The notes under the pieces: model-generated
The model's input: only the letters and a program-made list of their open reading frames with translations
What the model was told of the DNA's origin: nothing
The model's database searches: none
Part shown: positions 41,958 to 54,971 of the stretch, in pieces
How positions within the stretch are numbered: position 1 is the stretch's first letter
Layout of the letters: every line of letters begins with the position of its first letter
Assembly (NCBI GenBank): GCA_964016885.1
Contig: OZ024746.1
Span: 18,290,001-18,354,000, forward strand
Origin: Eledone cirrhosa
Lineage: Eukaryota
Reading direction: 5' to 3'
DNA: 64,000 nt
Position numbers and translations under genes: made by a program

Positions 41958-43640
41958 CATCATCATCACCGTTTTACGTCCGTCCTTCCATGCTAGCATG
42001 GGTTAGACGGGTTGTCCTGTTGTGGGCAGTGTCTGGTCGGCTGACCATGCCTTGCTCATACAGGAACTGTTTTGGCTTGATTTCTACAGCTGGATGCCCT
42101 TCCTAACACCAACCTCATTTACAGTGTGGGCTGGGTGCTTTTTTACCGTGGCACCTCCATGACCACTTTGCAGTGGGAGGGTGTGGGGCATATTGTCTAT
42201 ATGCTTCAGCTTGTACCCATGGGAGGTCGGGTGCTCTATATTACTATGTGACGCCAGAGGTCACGGTCGTGTGTCATCGCCTTTGAGAGGTGTAATTGGG
42301 TAAGGTCGGCTTTTATCACCTCATCCCAGGTCTTCTTGGGTCTCCCCACTCCGCGGTTTCCAATGACTTCCAGTGCTCTGCACCTTTTTATGCAGCTGTC
42401 AACCTTCATATGCATCACATGTCCATACCAACGCAACCGCCTCTCCTGCACACAGCATTTGATTCCTCTTATGCTCAGTCTCTCTCTCAATTCATTTATG
42501 CTTTGTCGTTCGCATATATTACTATTACACATCCATCGAAGCATGCAGGCTTCGTTTCTTTCTAATCTACGTAAGTCTTCCACCTTCAGCGCCCAGGTCT
42601 CACTACCATGTAACATTGCTGTTCGGATATACGCATCATACAGTCTGCCTTTCATTTTGAGGGAGAAGCCTTTTGCAGCTAGCAGTGGCAGTAGTTCCCT
42701 GAACTTCTTCCATCCCGTTCTTACCCTAGTTATTGTACTTTCTGAACACCCACCTCCGCTTCTAATTCGGTCACCTAGGTAGCAGAAGCTGTCTGCTGTT
42801 TCTACAGAGCCCTCCCAGAGATTGGTGGTACTTGTTTCCTGTGGCTGTTTGCTGTTTGCTGTCCCAGCACAGCTGCTACATGTGAAGCCTACATTCTTAA
42901 TTAAGCTTCCTGAGATCCCGCTACATCTCTTGTGTACCCATTGTTTGGGGCAGAGAATGGAGTTCCTACCTACACCTTTCCTACATACTGAGCAAGGCCA
43001 TTTCCCTGAGGGGATCTGGGTTCTGTTTTTTCGTCTACTTACAAGGACCTTAGTCTTTGTCATGTTGACTTTGAGACCCTTTCTTTCTAGTCCCTGCTTC
43101 CAAGTTTGGAATTTCTTCTCTAGTTCTACCAGATTCAGCTATAAGTGCGAGGTCATCTGCATACAGGAGTTCCCATGGGCATCCGGTCTTAAACTCCTCT
43201 GTTATTGCCTACAGGACTATGATGAACAGGAGAGGGCTAAGAACAGAGCCCTGGTGGATACCAACCTGTACGCTAAATTCCTCGCTATACTCATTACTAA
43301 TCCTAACTTTGCTGACTGCTCCTCTATACATGGCTTGTACAGCTTTCACAAGCCATTCATCTACTCCTAGTTTTCTAAGAGCCCACCAGATTATAGCACG
43401 TGGAACTCTGTCAAAGGCTTTCTCGAGATTGACGAATGCCAGGTAGAGTGGCTTACTTTTAGCTAGGTACTTTTCCTGTAACTGCCTCACAAGGAAAAGG
43501 GCATCAGTGGTGCCTCTTCCTGGTACAAACCCAAATTGCATCTCATCCAGTTTCACCCAGTCCCTAATCAACTGTGCTATAACTTTTTCTGTTACTTTCA
43601 TGACCTGGTCCATCAGCTTTTTACCTCTATAGTTTCCTCT
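41958..43640 (-). mobile_element. 5'-truncated RTE LINE, same family as 23910-27300
   Basis: RT motifs QFGF, QGSVLSP, YADD, YLG, LRWYGHV; 3'UTR near-identical to 23910-24300. Confidence 0.95.
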
Positions 43641-43727
43641 TTATATCTCTATAATTTCCTCTTTATATCTCTATAATTTCCTCTTTATACCTCTATAGTT
43701 TCCTCTTTATACCTCTATAGTTTCCTC
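43623..43727. repeat. 22-bp tandem repeat (about 5 copies) at the LINE 5' junction
   Basis: unit acctctatagtttcctctttat, present once in the longer copy near 25610. Confidence 0.85.
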
Positions 43728-46700
43728 AGTACAAACTGTAAAGTGTTAGGAAGGGCATCCAGTCATAGAAAGCTTGCCAAACAAGGAGGTCCCTTTGTTT
43801 GTGCCAAAAGACATAACCTCCCCTATGCACTCAACAGAGCGTATGACCATACATAAACAGGATGCAAACCCCTCAGCCTGTTTGGGTCAGTAGCCCCACT
43901 TCTGTACTGACTTGGTCTATGTAGACCTGTCCAACCCTTGCTAGCAGAGAAAGAAGACATATGATGATGATAATGATGATGAAACCAACATTGAAGGAAC
44001 TGGCTGTTTTTTTAGTTGAGCTAAAGATTGAATCCACTTTCACTGATTTCAAATGAGATAGCAATCTGAAAGTATGGTCATGCTTGAATAGCATACACAA
44101 TACAAACACAAACTAGTGTAAACAATTTTATTTATTCATATAAATACTATAAATTATTTCTTTATGAATGTGTAACTAAACAATCCTACTCTAAACTAAC
44201 TATATCAACAGGGAAATATTCATTGATAGAGACTCCCCACAACCTTATATAATGGGAAGCAACTTTAAAATCGGAATACAGTATAACATACACTAATAAC
44301 ATGCATCTGGTTTTCCCAGTTAGAAAATGAAGGAAAATAACAATAATCAATACATGCAATTGTTAATGAAACAAATGTTTATAAAGATCAATAAGCTGTT
44401 CCAGTTTGCAATTGAGACAGCGTATTTTTCATATTATCAAACATGTTCAATACTACTAACGACAATCCAATCTACATTCTATATTGAATTATACTAATAA
44501 TGAGTGCATGTAGAAAAATCAAATTTTATATATTTTTTATATCCATGTTTACATGTACGGGCATGAGTGTTGTAATGTAATCATCTCACAACAATAATGT
44601 CAAATAAAGTAGAAATAAAATAAAATCTTATACACTCTAAAAAGATTACGAAGTGTCTGAGACCCAAAATATTAGGACAGGTAAATATAACAGGTGATGC
44701 ACGAACATCTTTTATTGTCTTCAATTTATTCCAAAATCTACCATCCATTCAGCATTGTTGTAGCCTTCAACTAACATACTTTATACACTAACACAATTAA
44801 AGTTGTTTTAATGATCAATATTGAAAAGTAGTTACCATTCAACTAACTACATATTTAGTTCTCTCTGGTAATATGGTTATTGTAAAACAAATGGCCACAC
44901 CTAACTATAATCCCAATATTAATGATTCGGTTATTAAAATAAATCTAAAATAGTTTTCTAAATACACAAAATGTGTTTATATTTATTATTTTTAATAGAA
45001 TGTTATTAAAATACATTAATTATAATTTGAATTTGTTTTTGTCTAAAAAAATACATATACGTAAACAAGACAATTATTGCTCCAATCAGTCCACAAAGCA
45101 CTGAGCAAACACCTTAAACTGAATACCAACCTGTACTCATGACTTGCAATACCAGCCTGCAACTTACCCTCCAAACTTGGCAAACAAAACAGGACTGCAA
45201 TAGTTACCAAATGGGGAAGAAAGATGTTATCAAGCTACAGCTATTATATTATGTAGTTTCCTTTCTTTATAATAAAGATATTATTTGCAGTGACTATGAC
45301 CTCACTATATAACAGACCATGCCCCACCTTCTCCTCTCGCACCAGCCTGGGTTACATCTCTCTGTCTATTCAATATAATTTATCATAATTTCAGAACTCC
45401 TATTACAAGCATTCTTATTACATCACCTGCAAAAATGTTTCTGCAAATTGCGTTTACACTATTTTCAATCTCCTAAACTTGACCTCTTGACTTGTATGAC
45501 TGAAAGTTCTGTTCTGGCAACTATGTCTCAAATTTTTATTAGTTAGTCAAAGAGGAGGGACATCTATGACCTTTGCAACGTCAACAAATAGGTCAAATAT
45601 ATGAGTAAAGGGTGGCATTAGCTATTGAAAAAGTACTTGTATATAAGCCAAGATATTGATGGTAAAATGGGGTTGACTTATATTCAAGGCAACATTTTGC
45701 TCATTTTCACCAATTTCAAAATCCTACATAAATGAAGTGGTAAAACATTTTCATTTTGGAGGTGAATATTTCAACATGAAATTCATATTTCCTATTGTTT
45801 TTGATGTTTTGAATGAATATGGGCTTCAAAACGGTGGGAAATTAGTAAAAAAAATAACTATGCTGCAAATCCTATTGTCCAATGCTCTACTGATACAGCC
45901 GATCCACCAGCTTCAGTTAAATAATAAAATTACTTTCAGCTCTGGGATACTCAGTTACAAGTGATACAGTTGCAATGTTAGTTTATTCTGTCAATCACAC
46001 TGAGTTACACTGTCAAGTTAAAGTTAGTTGTAGTTAGTCTACCTGAAATTCCCAGCAATCTAGGTTAAAGGTTTCCAGTACAACATCTTCAAAACCATTT
46101 AAAATATGTTAATTAAAATTTTATTTATATTTTTTTCTTTCATTTAAAACAAAAAAGAAATTTCCTCTCAATATAACTGTCTATCTAGGAAAGATTCTAA
46201 ATCAATAATTTACTACAGTTTACATAAAAGCTTTACTCACTCCTCATCTAATTTTAATACATAAACCCTGACTGAAGATCCCAACTCCTGCCACAAACAT
46301 CATCCCATTACACCATGTTTAATTATCATACAAAGATTAAACATTATGTCCTATTTCTCTCAAATACTCTGGTAACAAATCTATTTCATTCCAGATCCTC
46401 ATTCATCCCCACAAAAATTCATTACCATGTCAAAATATATGTATTTAGGGACAATGCATACCAAAACCTCAATTAATACAGAAAGACTACACCCAGAGAA
46501 CCCCTTTAAAAATTAATGAAATAAATAAAACAAATTATAAATAATTTTAAATGCATAATAAAAATAATGTAATATGAATACAATGAATACAAGAATGAAT
46601 AAACTGAAGGAAAAAATTTGTTTTCAGTTTATCGCATTGTTTACATCTATTTTCTCTTGGTGTGTGTATATATGGACCCATAGCTCCCGAAGGAGGGCGT

Positions 46701-48069
46701 TTCTAGGGCATTTTTTTTAAAATCAGGTGGAGTGCACCTCCTAGATCTGAATATAGGTAAGGATAGAGAGTGAAAGTGAGAAAGAGATATAGAGGAAGAA
46801 TTGACCCCCAGTACTTGACTGGTACTTTTTTATTGACGTCGAATGGATGAAAGGCAAAATGGACCTTGGTGGGATTTGAATTCTGAGAGCAGAGAGCTGG
46901 AACAAATACTGCAAAGCATCCTATCTATCGTTCTAACAACTCTGCCAATTTGTTGCTTCTTTTCTATTGATACACACCATTAAAAAGAAAGAGTATGAAC
47001 TTATTTAATGATCACCAAACTATCAAGACAAACGCAACCTTTAAAATGAAGTGAAATTAGTATAAAGCTAGTCAATACTGTACACCTGCACATGAATTTG
47101 CATGAGTGAACACAAGTGATCTTTCAAGATACTTAGTTTTTAATTCATTATTTTTGTTTGGAAAATCGTTCTTTAATATGATTTCATTTGTTACCAAAAT
47201 GTTTTTTAAAAACATTTATTATCACTGTATTCTGCTTTATTGCCTTTTTTTTTTTTTTTTTTGATAACTAAAACTTTGAAAATTACTTTGTGAAGCTCAA
47301 GTTAATCAAATAAAAATTATCTTCAAAGAATTTAGTTCCAACCACAGAAAACTTCTTTGAATTTTACTGTCCTATTCAGTAATGATGATGTTTCCTTCTG
47401 ATCAAATTTAAATAAACAGAAATACAGATATTCAAGCTGTAATTTAAATTTGATAGACCAAACTCTAAAAGTAATTTCTCAACAAACATCCCGTGAAAAT
47501 AATCCAATTATCGAAAATAAAAGATATGATAATCGAAATCAATATTTTATCTACCAAAATATAATTGTTTCTACTTTTGGCACAAGGCCAGCAATTACCC
47601 AGTACATTACTGATACTTTATTTTATCGACCCCGTAAGAATGAAAAGGCAAAGTTAACCTCGGCGGGATTTGAACTTAGATCGTAAAGGGACGTAACTTT
47701 GCGTCAAAGCATGGCGTCCGACCCTCTACTGATACTGCCAATCCACCAAAATATCTACCAAAATATAATGATTAAGTTCGCTTTCAAAACAACAATGGTT
47801 TCTGATTTAGGCACAAGGCCAGCAATTTTCGAGAAAGGGGAAAGTCAAATCTATCCTAGTGCACATTACTGGTACTTTATTTTATTAAACCCATAAGGAT
47901 GAAAAGCAAAGCTAACTCCAGCGGTATTTGAACTCAGAACGTAATGGGACGTAACTCAATACCACAAAGCATGTTGTCCAATGCACTACCGATTATTGCC
48001 AATCCACTGCCCTTCTTACTTTCAAAATAATTCATTGTGTATGTAAAGTTACTAAATGCTTCGATGACA

Positions 48070-48500
48070 CTGAGGTATTCTTTTATTTATCACTTATTTG
48101 TCTCACCTCTAATTATGTCTATCTTTCCTACCATTATATATCTCTAATTATATCTCTCACCATCTCCCCCTACCATGTCTGCAAGCTTTCCACACCCCAC
48201 AACCCTCTATTATTTCTACCAGTCTCATTTCAACACTTTCTTCTTCCCTTTCTCTCATTTCTCACTACTCCTCTCTATATATTTCTCTTGCCCCTCATCT
48301 CCCTCCACTATTATCTTCCTTCCTCTTATTCATTCTCTGTCTCTCTTTCTCAGTGCGACTATCTCTCATTCTCCATACTACTCTCTCCCTCCTTACCTCC
48401 TGTATTTTTCTATTTTCTCTACTCTCCTTGTTGTCTCCTCTCTTTCACTGTTTCCCTGTATTCCTTTATACTCTCTCTCACTCTCTCATTATTTCTCATA
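48070..48500. repeat. pyrimidine-rich low-complexity tract
   Basis: degenerate (CT)n/TCTC composition. Confidence 0.7.
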
Positions 48501-49246
48501 AGCTATATTCACACATGAATCCTAGAATTTTATGGTGCAAATGAACTAATCATTTGCAACACAAACTTCAGGAAACCAACCAGCCATCTGATCACCTACC
48601 AGCCATTTGATCACCTACCAATCATCTGATCACCTACCACCAATCAGGTGAACACACAAGCCAAAATGACTTTTTACTTGTTAGAAAACAGTATAGACAG
48701 AGGGTTATGAATGTTATATCTTTCCCCAGAGAAGAATGCAGCACCCAACATACAATGGTTATTAGTGACATCAGACTAAGAACTAGAAACACAGGAAAAT
48801 CTGTAAGAGGAAAATATGGAAGCTAAAGGCCCTTTGTGTTAAATATAGGTTCAGGAAATTTAGAGGGTTATGATGAGAGTAAGAGGAGGAGTTAACCACA
48901 CATGACATAGAAGACAATTGAAAGTGCCAATGTGACAACCTACTACAAGCTACTTGTAGTTGGAGCAAAGCACCAGCCAGAGGGTGACATGGTGGTGGTG
49001 CAACAATAGTGGATAGAACTTACAATCAAATAGTTCAGGAAAATGGCATTGCTCTACATGTAGAGAAGGAGTAAGTAGAAACTCTATACAATGTACAAAA
49101 TGTAAAACATGGGTACATGTAATTGCTTGATGCATGCAGGGCTAGACTTTCATCTGCTGAGGCCCTAAACAATATAAAATTTGAGGTCCTTCTCTAGAAA
49201 AATTTTGAATAATTATACATGACTTCATCATCATATTAATGATAAA

Positions 49247-49287
<41 letters not shown>

Positions 49288-49381
49288 CCCTTGCTAGCAA
49301 GGAAAGTAGACGTTAAATGATGATGATGATGATATAAATATATATAATTTATTTATGATTTTCTGTTGAAGAATAAAAACT

Positions 49382-49581
49382 NNNNNNNNNNNNNNNNNNN
49401 NNNNNNNNNNNNNNNNNNNNNNNNNNNNNNNNNNNNNNNNNNNNNNNNNNNNNNNNNNNNNNNNNNNNNNNNNNNNNNNNNNNNNNNNNNNNNNNNNNNN
49501 NNNNNNNNNNNNNNNNNNNNNNNNNNNNNNNNNNNNNNNNNNNNNNNNNNNNNNNNNNNNNNNNNNNNNNNNNNNNNNNNN
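49382..49581. other. assembly gap (200 N)
   Basis: run of N. Confidence 1.
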
Positions 49582-50080
49582 ACTCTGATCTCTGAGCTAC
49601 AGACCCTATTGAGGAACATTACTGTAAAGACCCTTCGGAGGAACCCCATTTTGGCCGCTTGTATTCACAATCATATTCTTTCAGTCATTACCCAAAATTC
49701 ATGATTACAACTGGAAAGTGTTTGATCAGGGTTGCCACATGTTGTGACACCTTCTCTAGTGGCAGCCTGCTAAATTTGGCTACCAGCCCTGGCTTCACTG
49801 CCCGTCAGGCCGAAGAGGGTAAACTGTCAAAGTATCGGTCAAAATCTAGGTTTGTGGTTGAGCCTGTAGCAGTGGAAGCTTCCAACTTTCTTGGCCCCAC
49901 AGACCACATCCCTGCTCACTACTGTGAAGTTGGCTACCTGCAGATACAAGTACTGCAAGATGGAGTAGCTGTTCCAGCACATCCCTCTCACTGTCTTCCG
50001 GGGTAATGTCTTCTCCATCCAGTCAGCCGGAACCATGAGGCAGATTGACCCTTAAGTCTCATTTATGGTGGTGACATGCG
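49582..50080 (-). mobile_element. decayed RTE/Rex3-like LINE fragment; related piece at about 38590-38700
   Basis: IQAAKMGFLRRV..NRVCSSEIR resembles the RTE C-terminal IQAAEMxFLRRV..DRVRSSEIR motif. Confidence 0.55.
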
Positions 50081-50255
50081 GATTAGATTTACTTCCATAA
50101 ACATGAGTAGGTTGAGAGACGAAACAACTATCCATCTTTGACAAAATATATATTATGAATCATGATCTTAATGCACAGAAGTAAACAACTAACAAGTATA
50201 GTTCCTTTTTTAAAAGTACTAAAGTACAATTACAATGACATAAACAGTGTTCAAC

Positions 50256-50670
50256 CAGTGCCAGACTTACTTACAAGCTAAATTAGCTATAGCTTAGGGC
50301 CACACACACCATCAGGGGTCTCATTTTTTTTTAAATATACTTTTATTTCATCATTAATTCTTATTCTTTAACACTAAATCATCAAAAATTATATATGTGT
50401 GTATATGTATGTATTTGGTATATATATACAATGTACTGCGTTTCCTTTTCCTCTAAGATATATGGTTCTTTCTCTCTATATATATACATATATCTTTTTC
50501 ATTTGATTTATATATATATATAAATTATTTATTATCTATCATTAACATTAATACAAAAAATACAAATCATGTATAATTATTTAAAATCTTTTGACCCAAT
50601 TTTCGTTTTTTAAAGAAGGGCTTCAAATTTCATATAGCTTATGGCATCAGCGATTGAAAGTCGAGCCTTG
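50256..50670. mobile_element. probable hAT-like MITE; split pieces at about 20483-20610, 21660-21720 and 1590-1690
   Basis: imperfect termini cagtgccagactt / aagtcgagccttg; shared tatagctta motifs and internal sequence among copies. Confidence 0.5.
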
Positions 50671-51301
50671 TTTCAACAAATGGTTTTAGCATCGATACAA
50701 AAATATTTACTTTCCCTGATTGCAAATGTGAAAAAAATGTTAACCATCTTAAAAATGACGACGAATGCCATGAAAAATCACTGAAAGTTAAAACTATCAA
50801 TATGAAATCTTTCTACAATGTTCAGCTAGCAATAAAATAGGAAAACATGCCACTAAACAATGAATCTTCACGGCAGTTCCATTAACAGGTAATTATATGA
50901 TGTAAATAGCTTTTAATTAGAACAGATAAATGATGAAAATGTTGCAGTATGTTCAGCAAAAATATCTAGAACAGTATGAAACTAGTAGTCAGTTGTTAAA
51001 TAAAAAAAAAAACCGTTGAATCGAAGGAGTGTATGTATTTTTGTTTATGTTGCATATCATTATTGTGACAGTTTGTATTAGTAAATTGCACCGTGGCATA
51101 TTTACTACATTACACACGTTATATATATATAGTATCGGTAGAGGGTCGGACGCCATGCTTTCCAGCATAGTTACGTCCCTTTATGATCTGAGTTCAAATC
51201 CCGCCGAGGTTGACTTTGCCTTCCATCCTTACGGGGTCGATAAAATAAAGTACCAGTAATGCACTGAGTAATTGCTGGCCTTGTGCCTAAAGTAGAAACA
51301 G

Positions 51302-51358
<57 letters not shown>

Positions 51359-53170
51359 GTGTGTTGTTTGTTACAGCTCACACACATGCGTGGGTTGCAT
51401 CTCATAAGTCTCTTATTTCTCTCTCTTTTTTTCCAATGACAGAATTTGAACTTAGAATGTAGAAAACCAGAACAACTACCGTCCAACGTTCTAATAAACA
51501 CCGCCAACCCATTGTCCTTCGCTGGTACTGTATCTATCGATCCCGAATGGATGAAGGGTAAAGTTGACCTCAACCAGATTTGAATTTAACGTGCAGAGAA
51601 CCGGAACGAACACTACAAAGTAACGGTACACACAGCCGACTTTACATAGCTTATAGACGATAACTGGGCTCGACATTTTATTAACAAAATCATTACTGTA
51701 ACCTTGTACATGTGGATGCATTATATACATGTGGTGGATGCATTATATACATGTGCATACATTCTAGAAATATGTCAACTGAGAAAACGAAAAGAAAATT
51801 CGTAACCGACATTTAAAATAGATCCGTGTGGGGAATTTTGTGTACGTGTATGTAAAAGCCCCCCCCCCCCCCCCCATAAGGGGAAATAGTATAAACGGAA
51901 AGGTTCGATTAATATGTACTTTAAAACATTACATTAAGATAAATGTGGTAAGTGGTGCTGTTAACCTGAATTGTATAAGTAGTTAAGATGTCAATGGGGG
52001 GGGGGGGGGCATCTGGTGCGAACTTACTATCAACAGGCTCGAGGATCATAGTAGTAATTATCGCAGGGAATAAATAACAAGAATATTTGTCAGGAGAAAC
52101 TGTGTATTATATCTGGGTTATATTCATATGAGACAGACAAAATGGTACGAGAGAGAGAGAGAGACGGGCCTCAAAGCACAAGAATGTCATGATACGGCAG
52201 ATAGTTAAGAGAGAGGTGTACCGAAATTTAAAGAGTGTCTCAAGGCCGGTGCTTATCCCGGTTTCCATGGCGTGAAGTGACTGAGAGTACAAGACTTCCT
52301 CCTGGACAGGACGCCAGTCCATTGCAGGGCTAAAGCTTGTATTGAGTCTGGAGACTCATCAGGTCGATGCTTATCCCAGTTTCCGTGGAGTGAAACGACT
52401 GAGAGTACAAGACTCTCCCTGGACAGGACGCCAGTCCATTGCAGCCCCCCACCTCCCGCATCTATTGCTGGTGCTCATTTTCAGCTGAGTATACTGGAGC
52501 AACGTGAAATAAAGTGTAACCCCATAGGTGTAATAACTTCCTTAACAAAGCTTCAAAACAATAATATTTATCAACAGAAACTGTATTATATCTGGGTTAT
52601 ATTCATATGAGAGCGACAATGAGACAGACAAAATGGTACAAATGAGAGAGAGACGGGCCTCAAAGCACAAGAATGTGGTGGTAAGGCAGATAGTTAAGAG
52701 AGAGGTGTGCCGCTACCCCTCCATAAGTGTAATAACTTCTTTAATAAAGCTTGTTTAATTATACAAGAATGTTATAGAGAGAAAGTGTGTGTGTGTGTGT
52801 TTAGTTGATAATTGTTACAAATATCTACTTACTAAACTAATGTAATGAAAGAAATTTTTATGAAATTTACACCCAGCCAACCAACCGACTGTTAAACTAC
52901 ACAATAAAAGCCAACTACTCTACCCCAGTCACTAAATTTACTAAAACTGGGTATTGAGAAATAATTTACATGGGAGTGGCTGTAAATATTTTCTTCAAAT
53001 CAACAGCAGACTTTGTAATAACAAAGTTGTACAACATAAAGTAATAAAAAAAAAAACCAACAGCATTTTGAAAGAATACTTTTAATAAAGTAGTGTTATT
53101 TGCATTGTATATATATATATATATGTCAGTGTGCATGGATGTATTTGAACACCCTTATATGTGTGTATGC

Positions 53171-53201
<31 letters not shown>

Positions 53202-53286
53202 CACACATCTTCAATAATTTGTTCTCTCTCTATATATATGTGTGTATGTATAAGTATATGTGTATGTGTGTGTGTGTAAATATAAG

Positions 53287-53319
<33 letters not shown>

Positions 53320-53439
53320 ATATGTTAAAATCAACAAAGAAAAGCATGCATGCAAACGTAGACATACACATACATACACACATATATACAAACATACATA
53401 TGGAGATGGAAGGGTGATAGAGAATAAATTCCGGCTTTC

Positions 53440-54280
53440 AAAACATAACTTGAAGGGGAAAAACATAGTTTTGTTAAGTGGAACAGGATCTAATCCTGAT
53501 CCAATCTGGGAAGTGACTGTGTTTGATATGTAGAAAAGGAGTAGGTTGTAACTCTATATGATGTACTCAATATAAATCCTGAATATAGTAATGGAAAGGC
53601 AGGCAGACTAACAGACTTTGTATGTGGCAGATGCACAGGGATAGTTAGTAATAAGTGTATCAGTAAAATAAACGTTTTCCAATCCCAGGATGGCTCAATA
53701 GAACTAGTTGATAGCTTCTGCTACCTAGGAGATCTAATTAATAGGGAAGGAAGCTGCACTGAGAGCATAGTTGCGAGGTTAAGAAAAGGTTGGAAAAAGG
53801 CTTTGTAGAAATGGTTGATAGCTTCTGCTATCTAGATGTTCAAATTAATATAGAAGCTGCACCAAAAGCATAGTAGCTAGGTTAAGAACAGGATGGAAAA
53901 AGGCTCCATAGAAGTGGTTGATAGCTTCTGCTACCGAGATGATCAAATTAAGAGAAAAGGAAGGTGCTCCAAAAGCATAGCAGTTAAGTAAAGAAAAGGA
54001 TGGAAAAGGTTCAGGGAGCTACTACCTCTGTTGACAACAAAATATTTATATTTATGAAAAGAAGAACGGCTGTATGATGTCTGTGTGCAAAGTGTGATGT
54101 TGCTTGGTAGTGAGACATGGCCAATAAATGTAGAGGATATATTGTAAAGGCTGGAGAGAAATGAAGCAAAGCAATACTAATGTGTGTGAATGACAAATTA
54201 TGGGTAGGTTACTAGGAAAAGACCAGTCCAATCTAAGCAAGCATGGAAAGACAGACATAAAATAGCATTACTGATGATAT
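53440..54280 (+). mobile_element. decayed RTE fragment with an approximately 105-bp segment triplicated (53697-54010)
   Basis: three tandem copies of the segment encoding VDSFCYLGD..GSCTESIVARLRKGWKK, then LYD..GSETW and the 3' tail. Confidence 0.8.
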
Positions 54281-54329
54281 GTATATATATACAAAAATAC
54301 ACACACATATATATATATGTGTGTGTATG

Positions 54330-54521
54330 TTAATCCCGGGTTCAATTGGGGGTAACTACAGTAAGTAAGGTACTCAATACATAGCAGAGTATAAATATTT
54401 AATATAGAAATGGCTTCTGCAGGACTAGAACTGTTTCATTTGGGAGAAATCATCAGGAAGCTTCATGATGATTTCTCCTGAATGAAACAGTTCTAGTCCT
54501 GCAGAAGCCATTTCTATATTA

Positions 54522-54523
<2 letters not shown>
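54330..54523. mobile_element. fold-back palindromic element (palindrome 54398-54523, left extension) with hammerhead-like motif
   Basis: palindrome centred on aagctt; (TA)n/(TG)n flanks. Confidence 0.7.
54413..54461 (-). ncRNA. type I hammerhead-like motif; mirror copy 54460-54508(+) has C3 to A
   Basis: GCUUC-CUGAUGA-UUUCUCCCAAAU-GAAA-CAG(UUCUAGUC)CUG-CA-GAAGC; stem I 5 bp; triplet GCA is non-canonical, so probably inactive. Confidence 0.55.
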
Positions 54524-54555
<32 letters not shown>

Positions 54556-54736
54556 ATGTTTTTAATGCCCCTTGCTGCTGATTCTTGATCATATTTATAT
54601 GATCATGCTTTTCATGTGCTTCTTGCTTTCCTCTCTTAAATGTCTGTTAACATCTATTATTTTAGCTTTCTTTCCATATATGGTATTCCCAGAATATTCT
54701 TTAATAAAGTTATCCGTGTTCTAACTTTTGATTTGC

Positions 54737-54781
54737 ACTCTGATGATTCCGGCCTTGTGCTTGGATGAAACGATCGTTAGT
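54737..54781 (+). ncRNA. minimal type I hammerhead motif in an element of about 260 bp (54552-54815)
   Basis: ACU-CUGAUGA-UUCC(loop)GGAU-GAAA-CGAUCG-UU-AGU; palindromic stem III ACGAUCGU; triplet GUU. Confidence 0.7.
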
Positions 54782-54913
54782 AATTAAATGTTATTAAACA
54801 CTCTTTGATTGTTATATATAAAGTATATATATAAAATATATATATATATTATAAAGTGAAATTTCAACAGGGGGCCAAAACTGTTGAATTTCCTTAAATA
54901 TTTATTTCCGCAA

Positions 54914-54971
54914 ATACTATGCACATTTCAGTGGCCAGTTTGCATATGAACCTGTTGATATCTTCAGGTAT
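54914..54971 (-). ncRNA. minimal type I hammerhead motif
   Basis: AUAC-CUGAAGA-(weak stem II)-GAAA-UGUGCA-UA-GUAU; near-palindromic stem III AUGUGCAU; triplet AUA. Confidence 0.55.

Noticed and set aside
48585-48642. Three copies of an approximately 19-bp unit accagccatctgatcacct
   Set aside because: Short tandem duplication without spacers or context.
51858-52009. Poly-C and poly-G tracts about 120 bp apart
   Set aside because: Homopolymers are common here (also near 39012); no evidence of promoter or structural role.
52028-52049. Candidate DENND5 first exon MILEPVD with a phase-1 gtaagt donor
   Set aside because: Phase-compatible, but only LEP resembles the expected GLEPD and the conserved FADYF..CG motif is absent; could be chance.
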